Position numbers and translations under genes: made by a program. A stretch of 64,000 nt of DNA from a virus, in IMG/VR virus record IMGVR_UViG_3300042731_011014, positions 32,001 to 96,000 of that record. One strand, 5' to 3'. Shown in pieces: positions 7,645-18,088 of this stretch. The stretch's first letter is position 1; each line of letters starts with the position of its first letter. Under the pieces are notes generated by a model. That model was not told the origin of the DNA. It was given only the letters and a program-made list of their open reading frames with translations, and did not search any database.

Positions 7645-9807
7645 TTACAATTTAATATTCTCTATTTCTTTAGTTACCTCTTTTTTACTCATACCACCGG
7701 GATCGCATTCGTCTGGTAACTCAATAACTTTAACCTGGATTTTTTTAGCTATAAGATTTCTCAACTTAACCATTGCATCCTTTCCCGCCTTATCACCATC
7801 AAACATTATTACAGCGCCTCTGTTAACCGGAATGCATCTAACTATCCTTAATATCTGTTCGTCACTAAAACCTGTCCCCATTGTCGCAACCGCATTGTAC
7901 CCATACTGCCACATAATAACAGCATCGATATGGCCCTCAACTAAAAACACATCACCCCTAGACTCCTCTATAAGATGTTCACCGAATAAAAAATTACCCT
8001 TCTTGAACCTTAAAAAATCAGATTCCCTTCTCCAATCAATAAATGGCTTAAGTTTATACTCACCTATATCCCAATTATAGTGACAATTATGGACCAATAA
8101 GCCATTATTTACAAATGTCTTTGCCTCAGTTTCAAAATCAACAAGTTCTTCCTCTGATAAAAACTCAATACCATCAACAGCAACAGGCATACCATCTCTT
8201 ATGGTATGAATTAACATAGCACTTTCAAAACGGTCCCTTACAGTGGACGCGATCATCCTCAGCATCGACCATGATACCCTACTTCTACCTGCCAATGCAT
8301 CAGGATTAATCCCAACACCAGACTCCCTGCAAAATTCTCTTAACAATTCACCCGCGAACATCCCAGTTTTTCTTTCGCTACCATAATGCCTAATTATTGC
8401 CTTTTGTTTCTCATTAATACCAAATCCAACTGAATTAGCAAATCTCACTGCCTGCTCGCCACACATTGTTAATACAAAAGAACCACATTTAGATCTCTTT
8501 TTATTAGCAAAAACCCCAACTGACTGCAATAATAACATAATACCGTCTATGGCACATTCAGAATTCAACCCTATTCTAACCTTTCCATCAGCACTTGATC
8601 CGTCAGCATCAAACACACCACGAATAAATCCAACAATTTCAGATCTAGAACTCATTGTCGGTACAAACCATGAGCTACTTTTGCTTCTACGTGGCCTACT
8701 ACCGATACAATCTAATGCACGTATTCTATCACCTGAAATCGCAAACCACTTAGTATCACCACATGGTTTTCTTTCAACAAATTTTAGACCACTCACCTTG
8801 GCGGCCTTTTTTAATGATTCCCGCCAATATTTCACATTTTTATCAAATCCAAAAACAATTGTTCTACTGCTTTCTCGATATCCATCACCACAAAAGGCAC
8901 CTACAAGCCACCACCATAAATCTGCAACATTATCACCGCTTGCCCAACCAGGTGCTAAATACATAAAATCATCACGACTTAACTCCTGTGAATGAACCCA
9001 GCTCCATTTACCTTTTTTCCAGCACCAAACCTTGTGATTGAAACCAAAAAACACTTCTTGACCATTCCTAAGGGAAACTTTTACAACCCTACTGGTTGTA
9101 TTCCATTTATTTACAATTTTAGACCATCCCCATTTACCTTCTTTCTCGTTAAACGACCACACCTTATCCCCAACCACGACCGCACCTGCTTCGATACAAC
9201 CTCTTCCTGTAATAATAATTGAATCTCTTCTAATACAATATTTTGGTATCCTATCTCCAACACTTCTACCACTTACCCCGCGCAATCTCCCCCTTTCATC
9301 TCTTGTCACAAATATCGCTCTAGCGTTCTTTTTGTCAAACCCAATATTCCAATATCTTGCTGTCTCGATACTTATACCACGATCAAGAATATACCTTGGG
9401 ATCTCCCCTAAGAATCCATCAATAGATGATTCAGGCAAAAAATCGTAATAATAATCGCTTTTATCTTTACATTCTGCCTTTTTTGCCCAAGATGAAATCA
9501 TCTGTCTAGGTAACCTTGAATACCTCATAAGCAATAATGATTTGCCGGAGAAATCCGGGGAATCATATCCTTTTAGCCCCCATTCGCTTATTGCCATTTT
9601 TTCAAGAATGCCTTCAAAACCACAAGCAAAGCATTTACAGTAACTACCTCCAGAGTTGTTAACAAAAACCGAAAACGATGGATTCCTATCATACCCTCTT
9701 TTATGGTTCTCCCCTTTTGGGCATGTTGAAATAATAGATCGCGCTCTGTTCTTTATTTTTTTGCACCCAATAGATTCAAGTAACTGTTTTATCTTATCTT
9801 CTGTCAT
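7645..9807 (-). CDS. DnaG-like DNA primase with one intein
   Basis: N-terminal Zn finger (CP..H...CFACG), GRSVG..PKY, TOPRIM motifs LVEGHIDA and FDGDKAG. Confidence 0.9.
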   Translation of the reverse strand: MTEDKIKQLLESIGCKKIKNRARSIISTCPKGENHKRGYDRNPSFSVFVNNSGGSYCKCFACGFEGILEKMAISEWGLKGYDSPDFSGKSLLLMRYSRLPRQMISSWAKKAECKDKSDYYYDFLPESSIDGFLGEIPRYILDRGISIETARYWNIGFDKKNARAIFVTRDERGRLRGVSGRSVGDRIPKYCIRRDSIIITGRGCIEAGAVVVGDKVWSFNEKEGKWGWSKIVNKWNTTSRVVKVSLRNGQEVFFGFNHKVWCWKKGKWSWVHSQELSRDDFMYLAPGWASGDNVADLWWWLVGAFCGDGYRESSRTIVFGFDKNVKYWRESLKKAAKVSGLKFVERKPCGDTKWFAISGDRIRALDCIGSRPRRSKSSSWFVPTMSSRSEIVGFIRGVFDADGSSADGKVRIGLNSECAIDGIMLLLQSVGVFANKKRSKCGSFVLTMCGEQAVRFANSVGFGINEKQKAIIRHYGSERKTGMFAGELLREFCRESGVGINPDALAGRSRVSWSMLRMIASTVRDRFESAMLIHTIRDGMPVAVDGIEFLSEEELVDFETEAKTFVNNGLLVHNCHYNWDIGEYKLKPFIDWRRESDFLRFKKGNFLFGEHLIEESRGDVFLVEGHIDAVIMWQYGYNAVATMGTGFSDEQILRIVRCIPVNRGAVIMFDGDKAGKDAMVKLRNLIAKKIQVKVIELPDECDPGGMSKKEVTKEIENIKL
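8086..9237 (-). mobile_element. intein with LAGLIDADG endonuclease in the primase (aa 191-574)
   Basis: PKY|CIRRDS...NGLLVHN|C; blocks LVGAFCGDG and FIRGVFDADGS. Confidence 0.9.
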
Positions 9808-9817
9808 ACAAGACTAT

Positions 9818-10021
9818 TTATTTTAATTTCAATCCCATCATGTCGGATGTGCTAATCACTCGACCGCACTTGCATTTCCAGCCACAAGGATCTAGCCCGA
9901 TATAATACTTAGGAATCATCATTAACTCAGTTAAAGGATTCCTTACTGGAATATCGCATTGAGGACACTTGAAACGCTCAATCCATTGAAACTTTTTACA
10001 CTCTTCTTTTCTCGTAATCAT
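9818..10021 (-). CDS. small zinc-finger protein
   Basis: CPQC...CGWKCKCG. Confidence 0.6.
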   Translation of the reverse strand: MITRKEECKKFQWIERFKCPQCDIPVRNPLTELMMIPKYYIGLDPCGWKCKCGRVISTSDMMGLKLK

Positions 10022-12561
10022 AAAAACAACTCATCATCTTTGTTTAAATCATCGTTCTTAATTGCCTTTTCCGGCTTATCAGCTTGACCAAAATCCATTG
10101 TCTTAAAATCCCATTTAGATACCAGATCCATGATTTCACCCTCCCTCATTTTGAGCATCATAATTTTCATAAGGCCATCCTGCTTGAAATCCCCGGTCTG
10201 AACCAACGCAAAAGCTATATCTGCATCCCATCCAATAACATCGGTAATGCCAATATTTGCTATATCAATTGTATCCGGGTCGTCATCACTTACTGTCCGA
10301 TTAAACTGCGTTGACGCGCACCCGACAATACCATACCTTTTTGCTAGTTTTTTAATATGATCTGCAACCATAGACACCCTGGTATGTCGATCATAAACGC
10401 CGGGCACCTTGACCAAGTACATCCCATCGATCACTACAATATCAGGTCTGGTTTCATATATTGCAGCCTCTATGCTGTCCAATGTAATATCAAAATCGTC
10501 ACCAACGATGTAAATGCCTTCATTTTCAATCATACTGTCGATTTCATCGAACATTTTTGCTTCCGCAAAATCACCAAGCTTAGCTCTACGCATATTCTGG
10601 TAGTTCATTCTCAAATGTATTGCATAAAACCTTTGAGCAATTCGAGCCTTTGCCATCTCGGTGCATACAAAAAGAACCTTGTACCCATTCAACCATGCAG
10701 CTCGAGCAACTAAAATCATCGCCCATGTATTATGCGCAACTAAATTATTCGCTATGTAGTTATGGGTGCTATTAATAGTAAAATCACCAACTTCATGATC
10801 ACCATCATCCTCAACCGATATAAGCTTATCAAATAATATTTCCTCGCTCACCATCCACTTAAACCTATCCAATGCATTTTCTGCTTCATCGAATAGCGCC
10901 CTCAGATATCTTCTACTACCACAGCCATTTCCACTTTTATTAACAAAATCTCTCGTACTAACATAAGATTTCAGACCAAGTCTCTCCCTGACCCTATTAA
11001 AAAGTAATTTACCTTTATCAGTCTTTAAATACTTAATCCTAAAACTATCCTGCGTCTTAAAGATAGCACCCCTTAGTTCATCGCTTGATGGAACGACATC
11101 AGTATTTGGATTAATTGAATCCTTAACCAGTTCCAATCTCTCACCTTTTGGTCCAGGCATATTGTGGAACATATCTCTAAACTTATTTCGGGTCCAGGCC
11201 TCGACTCTAAGTCGCCATGCATTAAATTCCTTCCCTTCACACTTCACCTTCCTATAGCTCTTTGATGCAACAATTCCAAACCTTAAGAGTAATGTTACCA
11301 ACTCATCGACCAATTTTTCCGAAGACAAAGAAATCTCAATCCTATCTCTCCCGCCATTCCTAACCTCACCGTCGCACGCCCAAAATACCTCTATAAATCT
11401 CGCGAGTAAAACATTTGGGAGTTTCCATATTACATCAGGAATACACTTATTAATTGATTTATCACAACCAATTCCATACCTATTCAAAAAAGCCCTACCA
11501 CCAAGAAGACTATATGTATTCTTAGCCTTTCGATCTGAAACATCCAATCCAGCGCTTTTCGCTGCTGTCTTGAACAAAGTAACAATTGACTTCTCCTCTT
11601 TAGTTACCGTTACATCATATCTCTTTGTATAGTTTCCATCAGCAAGTAATATTGCCATTAACTCCACGTGGCTAACCGGTATAGAAACAGGCTCTACTGG
11701 CTCTGGAAGCCATGCTGAACCAACTATCCAATCCTCACGCACATTCAACCTGTCAGCTCTTACCCATCCTCTTTGTGTTAACATAGGGTGCTCTGGTGTG
11801 ACCGATATTTTTCTACCCAATCTTGTTTTTATTTCTAGACATTTGCTTCGGCCAGTAAGAATCCAAGCATCAGGAACAACAGCTTTTATCCCCCCACCGT
11901 TAGCCTGATCAAGCGTATAGACACTTTTTCTCTTATCAATAACATCTTTCGCTAGTAACCTCTTACCTGTTAGAGGATCGATCATGTAGGTATTATCAAG
12001 CCTATTACACTTTCCAACACCTAACCGGGCTACGGCGACAACAAAATCACCCGGCCAAAAACCAAGTGTTGCCTCAGTCATATCCTCCCATGGTGTCGGT
12101 ATCCCAACCTCACCGCGTTTAATTTTCATATAGATTTCTTTAACTTTTGGACCAAGAGAAAAAAGACTTTCAACTTTTGCTGACCCAGGGGATGTTGCCC
12201 AAATCCTCCTACATAATTCAATATTCTTTTCAAACGCCTTTTCAGGATCGTTTTTTTCAAGATGCTTAATTACCGGATCTAAACCTTCTCTTAACTCAAG
12301 GTATAATGATCTCTTTTTTACCTGTTCAATCCAATAGCCAACCACACCATCAGACTTACCCAGCAATATTCCCTTTGCTTTTTTAACTATACTTTCCGAG
12401 GGAATATCATCAAATTTCCTCCAATACTCTACTATAAACTTTACGACAGTTGCACCCTGACCCTGTAACATACTGGGAGTTATACCACTATTGATTAATT
12501 CCAAAATGCCGTCACGGCCACCATTAAGCAAGGCGCACGCAATGCCATTGTCAATATCCAA
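10018..12561 (-). CDS. DnaB-like replicative helicase with one intein
   Basis: ARLGVGK|T P-loop, VLFVCTEM, VVIDGMYL, STQFNR, IGWDADI, KMREG. Confidence 0.92.
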   Translation of the reverse strand: MDIDNGIACALLNGGRDGILELINSGITPSMLQGQGATVVKFIVEYWRKFDDIPSESIVKKAKGILLGKSDGVVGYWIEQVKKRSLYLELREGLDPVIKHLEKNDPEKAFEKNIELCRRIWATSPGSAKVESLFSLGPKVKEIYMKIKRGEVGIPTPWEDMTEATLGFWPGDFVVAVARLGVGKCNRLDNTYMIDPLTGKRLLAKDVIDKRKSVYTLDQANGGGIKAVVPDAWILTGRSKCLEIKTRLGRKISVTPEHPMLTQRGWVRADRLNVREDWIVGSAWLPEPVEPVSIPVSHVELMAILLADGNYTKRYDVTVTKEEKSIVTLFKTAAKSAGLDVSDRKAKNTYSLLGGRAFLNRYGIGCDKSINKCIPDVIWKLPNVLLARFIEVFWACDGEVRNGGRDRIEISLSSEKLVDELVTLLLRFGIVASKSYRKVKCEGKEFNAWRLRVEAWTRNKFRDMFHNMPGPKGERLELVKDSINPNTDVVPSSDELRGAIFKTQDSFRIKYLKTDKGKLLFNRVRERLGLKSYVSTRDFVNKSGNGCGSRRYLRALFDEAENALDRFKWMVSEEILFDKLISVEDDGDHEVGDFTINSTHNYIANNLVAHNTWAMILVARAAWLNGYKVLFVCTEMAKARIAQRFYAIHLRMNYQNMRRAKLGDFAEAKMFDEIDSMIENEGIYIVGDDFDITLDSIEAAIYETRPDIVVIDGMYLVKVPGVYDRHTRVSMVADHIKKLAKRYGIVGCASTQFNRTVSDDDPDTIDIANIGITDVIGWDADIAFALVQTGDFKQDGLMKIMMLKMREGEIMDLVSKWDFKTMDFGQADKPEKAIKNDDLNKDDELFL
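10729..12009 (-). mobile_element. intein with LAGLIDADG endonuclease in the DnaB P-loop (aa 185-611)
   Basis: GVGK|CNRLDN...NNLVAHN|T; blocks MAILLADG and FIEVFWACDG. Confidence 0.9.
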
Positions 12562-12583
12562 TGCTAGGCCCTCCGACGCAATG

Positions 12584-13252
12584 TTACTTACAAAAGCTTC
12601 TTTCTAGATTATTCATATGTTTTTCTAGGTAATTATGACCACTAACAGAAACAGGGAGCATGTACCCTCTTATTGCATTATACAGGGTATCATTATAGTT
12701 TTTGCCTATCTCATTCTGAGTTAAGATTGTTGTAATAATAGTTGCTTTCATATTATTTATTCTGCTTTTTACAATATCACTTAGTGTCATTAGATAATAA
12801 TTAGCAGGTCCCCCTGATTCTTTTCCAAGATCATCTATTATCAACAAATCTACCTCTTTTGATCTTCGGTACAAAGTAAGTCCACCACCAAAGATGCTCT
12901 CCTTAAATGATTTTGACGCCATTTCCTGCGCTGAAGAAAACATAGCTGTGTACTTCCTACGCCTAACCTCCTTTGCAATAACAATGGCACAGCTAGTTTT
13001 TCCAGTATTATGATCACCAAGGAACAACAATCCATGACCTTCACAAATCATACTATCAATACTTTTTAAGTATTTTAGGATAGTTTTCTTATGAAAGCTA
13101 CCATCTGGTTTAATTTCAGAATACGATACACTCCAGAATCTAGTAGGAACACGCATCCTATTTAAATGATCTTCGGTCAAACTAATGCGCCGCCGAACAT
13201 CACCAAGGTAAGTCCTTCCTCCATCCGACTTCTGGATCTCTATTCGATGCAT
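12584..13252 (-). CDS. DnaC/IstB-like AAA+ helicase loader
   Basis: GDHNTGKT Walker A and LLIIDDLGKE Walker B, adjacent to DnaB. Confidence 0.85.
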   Translation of the reverse strand: MHRIEIQKSDGGRTYLGDVRRRISLTEDHLNRMRVPTRFWSVSYSEIKPDGSFHKKTILKYLKSIDSMICEGHGLLFLGDHNTGKTSCAIVIAKEVRRRKYTAMFSSAQEMASKSFKESIFGGGLTLYRRSKEVDLLIIDDLGKESGGPANYYLMTLSDIVKSRINNMKATIITTILTQNEIGKNYNDTLYNAIRGYMLPVSVSGHNYLEKHMNNLERSFCK

Positions 13253-14150
13253 GTTTATCAGATCTCCTAATTGTTCCTTTGCTATTGATTTCTCCTCTTA
13301 TAGCCTCCTGAATCCACATATCACCCATTTTAATTACAAGTTGCAAAGTAGGAGCATACGATTTATCCAACTTAAACCTCTCCCTTAAACTATTCCACTT
13401 TTCAAAAACAAATTCAACTAATTTCTTCGTATTTTCGCTACCATAGTCATCAATAAGGATCTTTGCCATAGCCTTCCTTTTAGCCCTCCACTTCTTATCT
13501 GGTAAATCATCAAATTTTTCCTGCCAAAGACTATGCCAAATTAATTCTATATCCTTTAAACTACAATCGCTCTCTTTCTCATTGTTTTTACTTGATTTTA
13601 TTATACTAAGCTCTAACTCCTGGCCCCTTCTTTCCTGCGCCTCTTTCCTCTTTTTCTCTTGCGTTCTTTTAAGAACAGCATTTATCTGATCTTTATCAAT
13701 ATCGCAATCACTTTTATCCATTTTTTCTTTTTTATCACAGATATTGTTTCTTGTAATATTAGATATCCCAAGATCCTCATTTGGCACCCTGATAAATCCA
13801 GTCCTATTTAACGTATCATTGGTAAGCACCCCGTTACCATCCTCATAAACCCTATCTAGTGGCATTAATATAGTTATATTGGACTTACCGTACTTTTTTT
13901 CCTGTTTAATCAACCCCTTATTCTCAAGTTTAGCTAGGCACCTGAATACACTCCTCCTAGTTAATTTCGTATCAGCCATCATCCTTTCAATACCAGGGAA
14001 GCAGGATCCTTTTTCCCTCTCATACCATTTTAACTGAAGGTACAATCTAAACGTCGTGTTATCTATTTCAGAATCAAAAAGCAATATCCCATTACACCTA
14101 ACACCCCATAAACCATCTATCTCTCTAGCGTTCTTTAGAGCGTCTTTCAT
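13200..14150 (-). CDS. replication initiator / replisome organiser with N-terminal HTH
   Basis: FRLYLQL...CFPGIERMMADTKLTRRSVFRCLAKLENKGLI HTH pattern, upstream of the loader and helicase. Confidence 0.7.
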   Translation of the reverse strand: MKDALKNAREIDGLWGVRCNGILLFDSEIDNTTFRLYLQLKWYEREKGSCFPGIERMMADTKLTRRSVFRCLAKLENKGLIKQEKKYGKSNITILMPLDRVYEDGNGVLTNDTLNRTGFIRVPNEDLGISNITRNNICDKKEKMDKSDCDIDKDQINAVLKRTQEKKRKEAQERRGQELELSIIKSSKNNEKESDCSLKDIELIWHSLWQEKFDDLPDKKWRAKRKAMAKILIDDYGSENTKKLVEFVFEKWNSLRERFKLDKSYAPTLQLVIKMGDMWIQEAIRGEINSKGTIRRSDKHASNRDPEVGWRKDLPW

Positions 14151-14545
14151 TGCTTTTTTTCTTCTTTATATTCAGAAAGTGCAACCTCTATCTCTTGAAA
14201 CTGCTTACTTTGAACATCACTTACTTTTTTTAAAACAGCCTGAAAACATGAAACGCAATATAAAACATTATATTTCTTTACATCTCTTCTACTAATTTTA
14301 AAAGACAAGGTTACACCTTTCATTCCCTTTTCAGGTAAGACATTATTGCACCTAACGCATGATATGTTGGCATTCTTTTTTACCTCATAACATGATCTAC
14401 ATATCTTCGACCAAATAAAATCATTGCTGATTTCCTCTTTACAATTTGCACATCTTTTGATTTTACTTTTCATGAATAGATACTCTACATTTGGTCTTGC
14501 AATATTTTTCCCATATCTCCTCAAACTTACTTGGCCATTCAACAT
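14147..14545 (-). CDS. hypothetical protein with three CxxC pairs
   Basis: CANC, CRSC, CVRC...CVSC. Confidence 0.55.
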   Translation of the reverse strand: MLNGQVSLRRYGKNIARPNVEYLFMKSKIKRCANCKEEISNDFIWSKICRSCYEVKKNANISCVRCNNVLPEKGMKGVTLSFKISRRDVKKYNVLYCVSCFQAVLKKVSDVQSKQFQEIEVALSEYKEEKKQ

Positions 14546-14717
14546 GCTCCATTAAATAACATAGTTCTTGGTAGGCTTTTATAGTCTTACAGTTTTCAAG
14601 TGCATCCATGATAGAATTAGCTGATACTCTCACATTGACAATCCATTTTAAAAGATCAAAAAAATCTTTCTCATCAACGCAATCTTCTCTAACTGGATGA
14701 AGATTATCTTTGGTCAT
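14463..14717 (-). CDS. hypothetical protein (84 aa)
   Basis: ORF track; co-oriented. Confidence 0.5.
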   Translation of the reverse strand: MTKDNLHPVREDCVDEKDFFDLLKWIVNVRVSANSIMDALENCKTIKAYQELCYLMEHVEWPSKFEEIWEKYCKTKCRVSIHEK

Positions 14718-14770
14718 CTTAATCCTCTGTTAGTAGTCGCCTGTTATCCTTTTTACTTTCATGCACATGC

Positions 14771-15334
14771 TCAAGCGTTTTTTCTTGATCGTCTTGTTCT
14801 TGCTCTTCTTTTTCCCTCTTTTTTTTCCTTTGATTCTCCATTTTTACCTTCACATAATAGCCCTTTATTATTACCTAGTACGATTGCTTTCAATCTAACC
14901 TTTACACCAAGTATATGTTTATCATAATCAGAAAATATGAATTTAACAGGATTCATAATAAGCATACTGCCAGATATGACTTGATATTGCTCACATGCAA
15001 GCTTCATTTTATCAAAATGCTTACTAAACATCCCGGCCATTTTAACTGGTATTGCACCTATCGATCCTATCCTGTTTCCATTTTTATCACATGCGCAAAC
15101 ATCAATAACCAGCTTACTAAAAGGCACTAAGGCAAGACATATTTCTCTTTTACGAGCAATCTTTATTAGTGAATCCTGCCTTTTCTCTCCATTGAAAATT
15201 TTATCAGTTCTATCAAGATTAATATCAATCTCAACCCAACCATTGTCAAGCTGATTGATTGAGTTAATCTCATTTGCCCATTTTTTATCATTTTTTTTAT
15301 TCTTAGCGAAACCATCAAGTACAATTGGATTCAT
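14771..15334 (-). CDS. hypothetical protein with basic C-terminal tail
   Basis: ORF track; ATGA overlap with the upstream gene. Confidence 0.6.
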   Translation of the reverse strand: MNPIVLDGFAKNKKNDKKWANEINSINQLDNGWVEIDINLDRTDKIFNGEKRQDSLIKIARKREICLALVPFSKLVIDVCACDKNGNRIGSIGAIPVKMAGMFSKHFDKMKLACEQYQVISGSMLIMNPVKFIFSDYDKHILGVKVRLKAIVLGNNKGLLCEGKNGESKEKKEGKRRARTRRSRKNA

Positions 15335-16359
15335 GTAAACAATATCCTCTTCCTGTATCCCTGTACCGTCGCTTTTACTACATCGAGTAGATCTTTAAAT
15401 GATTTTGGTCTAAATTCAGCCAATTTTGATACATGTACTTTTCTTTTAATGCCAGGTAAGTCAAAATCAAATACAAGTTCACCTGCTGACCAAAGAATAT
15501 CCAAGGTAGGTCTAGCATTAAGTAACCATTCACAGAACTGATTCCATAAAACAAGATCGTTGAAGCGTTCAATCAACCCGTTATTAGACAAGTAATCTCT
15601 TAAAGTTATTTTTTTACTTAAAAACGACTCAGGAAAACACTTTAGACATAGATCTTTTTTAAACAAGAATTTCCAACTCTCTATGTCATTCGGGTTATCA
15701 TTACCGATACTTATTTCGGTTTTCCCTAGGGGATAGATTTTACAAATGGTTGGCCTATCATCACCGAGAGCACATTTAAAAAACGGAAGGTTTTCTTTGT
15801 CGCGCCAAAACCTCTCATAAACCTTCGTTCCATCATTTCTAATTTCGTTCATTAATGAAATATATTCTTCTTTCCCTCTTAATTGTGCTACAGGTACAGC
15901 CATTGGGCACTTGGAAATACTTTCTTTATCATTCGGAAGTAACCTGTGAAATAAAAGATATCCTATTGGCACACCGCTATTACCGTCAATTGTCCAGGTA
16001 ACTATCCCGTGAGGGTTTCTGCTGGACAGTAGCGACGTTGATGAAAAAAAACCCATCTTTCTAACTATATCATTATTTATCATTTTCCAAATATCTAACG
16101 GTGATAATGGGATCTTTCTTCCAAAGCAACATCTACCAGATCTGTTACACATGAATTGAATTTCATCGTCTAATCCAATTACTTCGGTATTTTTTTCAGT
16201 TGCTTTTTTAATTATAATCTGATCATTCTCAGTGGCCGTGTAACCAGATATCTCATCTTTGCTACACTCAACAGGTATGCAATTTTTAAATAGTTCATCG
16301 CCAGCAACAGGAGGTTTTTTTGTCTTTCTTTTTTTAGAAAGATATTTGCCCATATTCAC
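15331..16359 (-). CDS. YkgJ / CxxCxxCC family metal or Fe-S cluster protein
   Basis: FMCNRSGRCCFG...CP...CALGDDRPTICKIYPL matches the YkgJ C...RP..C..YP pattern. Confidence 0.75.
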   Translation of the reverse strand: MNMGKYLSKKRKTKKPPVAGDELFKNCIPVECSKDEISGYTATENDQIIIKKATEKNTEVIGLDDEIQFMCNRSGRCCFGRKIPLSPLDIWKMINNDIVRKMGFFSSTSLLSSRNPHGIVTWTIDGNSGVPIGYLLFHRLLPNDKESISKCPMAVPVAQLRGKEEYISLMNEIRNDGTKVYERFWRDKENLPFFKCALGDDRPTICKIYPLGKTEISIGNDNPNDIESWKFLFKKDLCLKCFPESFLSKKITLRDYLSNNGLIERFNDLVLWNQFCEWLLNARPTLDILWSAGELVFDFDLPGIKRKVHVSKLAEFRPKSFKDLLDVVKATVQGYRKRILFT

Positions 16360-16384
16360 CTACTTGTGATTTTTCTTTTTATAG

Positions 16385-16416
16385 ATTCTAGCTCGGGAGG
16401 TGAATTTTGCAAGGGT
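16385..16416 (-). promoter_or_regulatory. sigma70-like promoter
   Basis: ACCC-TTGCAA-16 bp-TAGAAT upstream of the 15331..16359 gene. Confidence 0.6.
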
Positions 16417-16476
16417 GTCTGGTGCACTTTTTTTGAGAAAAAACGTACTGGCGTGTTTTTTTTGACTTTAAGTTGG

Positions 16477-17067
16477 TTATTTTTTTGACTTCTTTTTCTT
16501 CGGTCTAGGCGTCACCGATGGCAGGCTATGTAAATCATATAGTTCCGCCTCAATGCCATCGGTATTATCGCTAAAATTGCTAAGATCTTCAAAGCATGTC
16601 TCCTTCGGTAAGACTTTTCTTGTCACTTCGAAAAATTCATCAATCGGGATGCCAGCTCTACGAGCTAAGTTAAGAAACTCACCCATATCGCCTTTTGGTT
16701 TCAGAAAAACTTGATCTTTAAACAAAAGATCAAACATATGTTTTCCGTAGTCGCGGATAAACCGATCCGAGGAAACCGGATCGGTGATTTTTGGCCGAAT
16801 AGCCGAGCTAACAGTGACAATGCAGTCAGTACCGTCAAATTTGACTGATTTTCTTTTTTCACCTAAGATAGACTTTTTGCGCCAATGAATCTTAGCCTGA
16901 TCCCTTAAAAGTTCAGCATAGATCTCTTTTTCTTTATTGAGATCATCAATTTTCATTTTGATCTCATAAAGAGCATCTACGTGCTCTTGAACGGCATCAT
17001 CGGTTTTTTCGTCTTGTTTTTTTAATGCATCCGCCAAAGACATTGTTTTTTTCCTTCGATTCCTCAT
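16477..17067 (-). CDS. hypothetical coiled-coil protein
   Basis: ORF track, 196 aa. Confidence 0.6.
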   Translation of the reverse strand: MRNRRKKTMSLADALKKQDEKTDDAVQEHVDALYEIKMKIDDLNKEKEIYAELLRDQAKIHWRKKSILGEKRKSVKFDGTDCIVTVSSAIRPKITDPVSSDRFIRDYGKHMFDLLFKDQVFLKPKGDMGEFLNLARRAGIPIDEFFEVTRKVLPKETCFEDLSNFSDNTDGIEAELYDLHSLPSVTPRPKKKKSKK

Positions 17068-17263
17068 CGCTTATTTTATCTCCGCATAGTGGGATGCTGA
17101 TCGTATCCACATCAGAATCAGCCCAATCATCCCCCCATGGAATCAGATCATCAAATGATCCTATCTCATGGCAATCATCGTCAATCAGACGATCCCGTGC
17201 ATTCATCAAAGCAGTTATTTCCTGTTCTGATAACTGCCGACCCATGTAGGATTTAAAATACAT
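16997..17263 (-). CDS. hypothetical acidic protein
   Basis: ORF track; first gene of the leftward replication cluster. Confidence 0.5.
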   Translation of the reverse strand: MYFKSYMGRQLSEQEITALMNARDRLIDDDCHEIGSFDDLIPWGDDWADSDVDTISIPLCGDKISDEESKEKNNVFGGCIKKTRRKNR

Positions 17264-17269
17264 TGTTAT

Positions 17270-17830
17270 TTCTCTTTACTCTTATAGATTGCACGATTGG
17301 GGCCAACTACATGTAGTTGTTTACAGGTTTTTAGCCCTAAAAGCCTAATGTTTTCAATAGGTATGACATGTATCATAAGCTAATGATATGTGTGGCCGAC
17401 ATGTGTTACATTGCAAATATTGCAGAGATTAAATTTTTGAGAAAGTATCAATATGAACAGAATTGAGTATTTTCAGTACTTTACAATTGGATTTTCTCTA
17501 TGCAAAAAGTTGCAATCCGACATGTCAGATATCAACATTTTTGCGATGTAGGGATATAGGGCATATTATTGCTTCTTATTATACTCATACTCTGTTTGAA
17601 TCCAGAATCCCAAATGCTTTAGCTTTGGGAGTACGACAAGCGCTGTGATAGCGTTTTGTGAAAAAAGTGCGATGAGAACTGTATTGAGTTTTCCTGATAT
17701 CGTACATTGTCATTATTTGGCTCACATTTAACTACTTAAAATATTTCAGAAAATTTCCATTTTTACCCTTGATCTTTTCTACTGATCAATCACTATATAA
17801 TTGTAGCGAGAAAAAAACAAAACAAAGGAG
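17270..17830. promoter_or_regulatory. divergent non-coding control region with clustered palindromes (candidate origin or operators)
   Basis: About 560 bp with no credible gene at the strand switch; four ACATGT-centred palindromes and a hairpin at 17608-17630. Confidence 0.45.
17765..17806 (+). promoter_or_regulatory. conserved phage early-type promoter, copy 1
   Basis: ACCCTTGATCTTTT...TCACTATATAATTGTAG; closely matches the copies at 24286 and 24678. Confidence 0.7.
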
Positions 17831-17836
17831 AGAGAA

Positions 17837-18022
17837 ATGAGAGTAGAGAAATTAAGAACAAAGATAGAAGCGCACTCAAGCGAGAACGGATGTTCTTGCG
17901 CGGAGGAATTCGCGCAAGAGTGCAAGGAACTGTCTCTCTCTGCGGGGGAAGTTCCCCAGCAAATGCTTACATATTGGCTGCGTACGATTGAATCGTACGC
18001 ATGTGATGAGGAGCAGGATTAA
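17837..18022 (+). CDS. small acidic hypothetical protein (61 aa)
   Basis: Strong RBS AAAGGAG, directly downstream of the conserved promoter. Confidence 0.7.
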   Translation: MRVEKLRTKIEAHSSENGCSCAEEFAQECKELSLSAGEVPQQMLTYWLRTIESYACDEEQD

Positions 18023-18075
18023 TTAAGCCCTGCTAGAGCCCTCTAGTTAACCGGAGGGCTCTATGGAAGGCTTAA
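18023..18075 (+). other. long intergenic hairpin (possible RNase III-type processing site)
   Basis: Outer TTAAGCC/GGCTTAA and inner perfect 10-bp TAGAGCCCTC/GAGGGCTCTA stems; no U-tract. Confidence 0.55.
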
Positions 18076-18088
18076 CAAAGGAGAAAAA

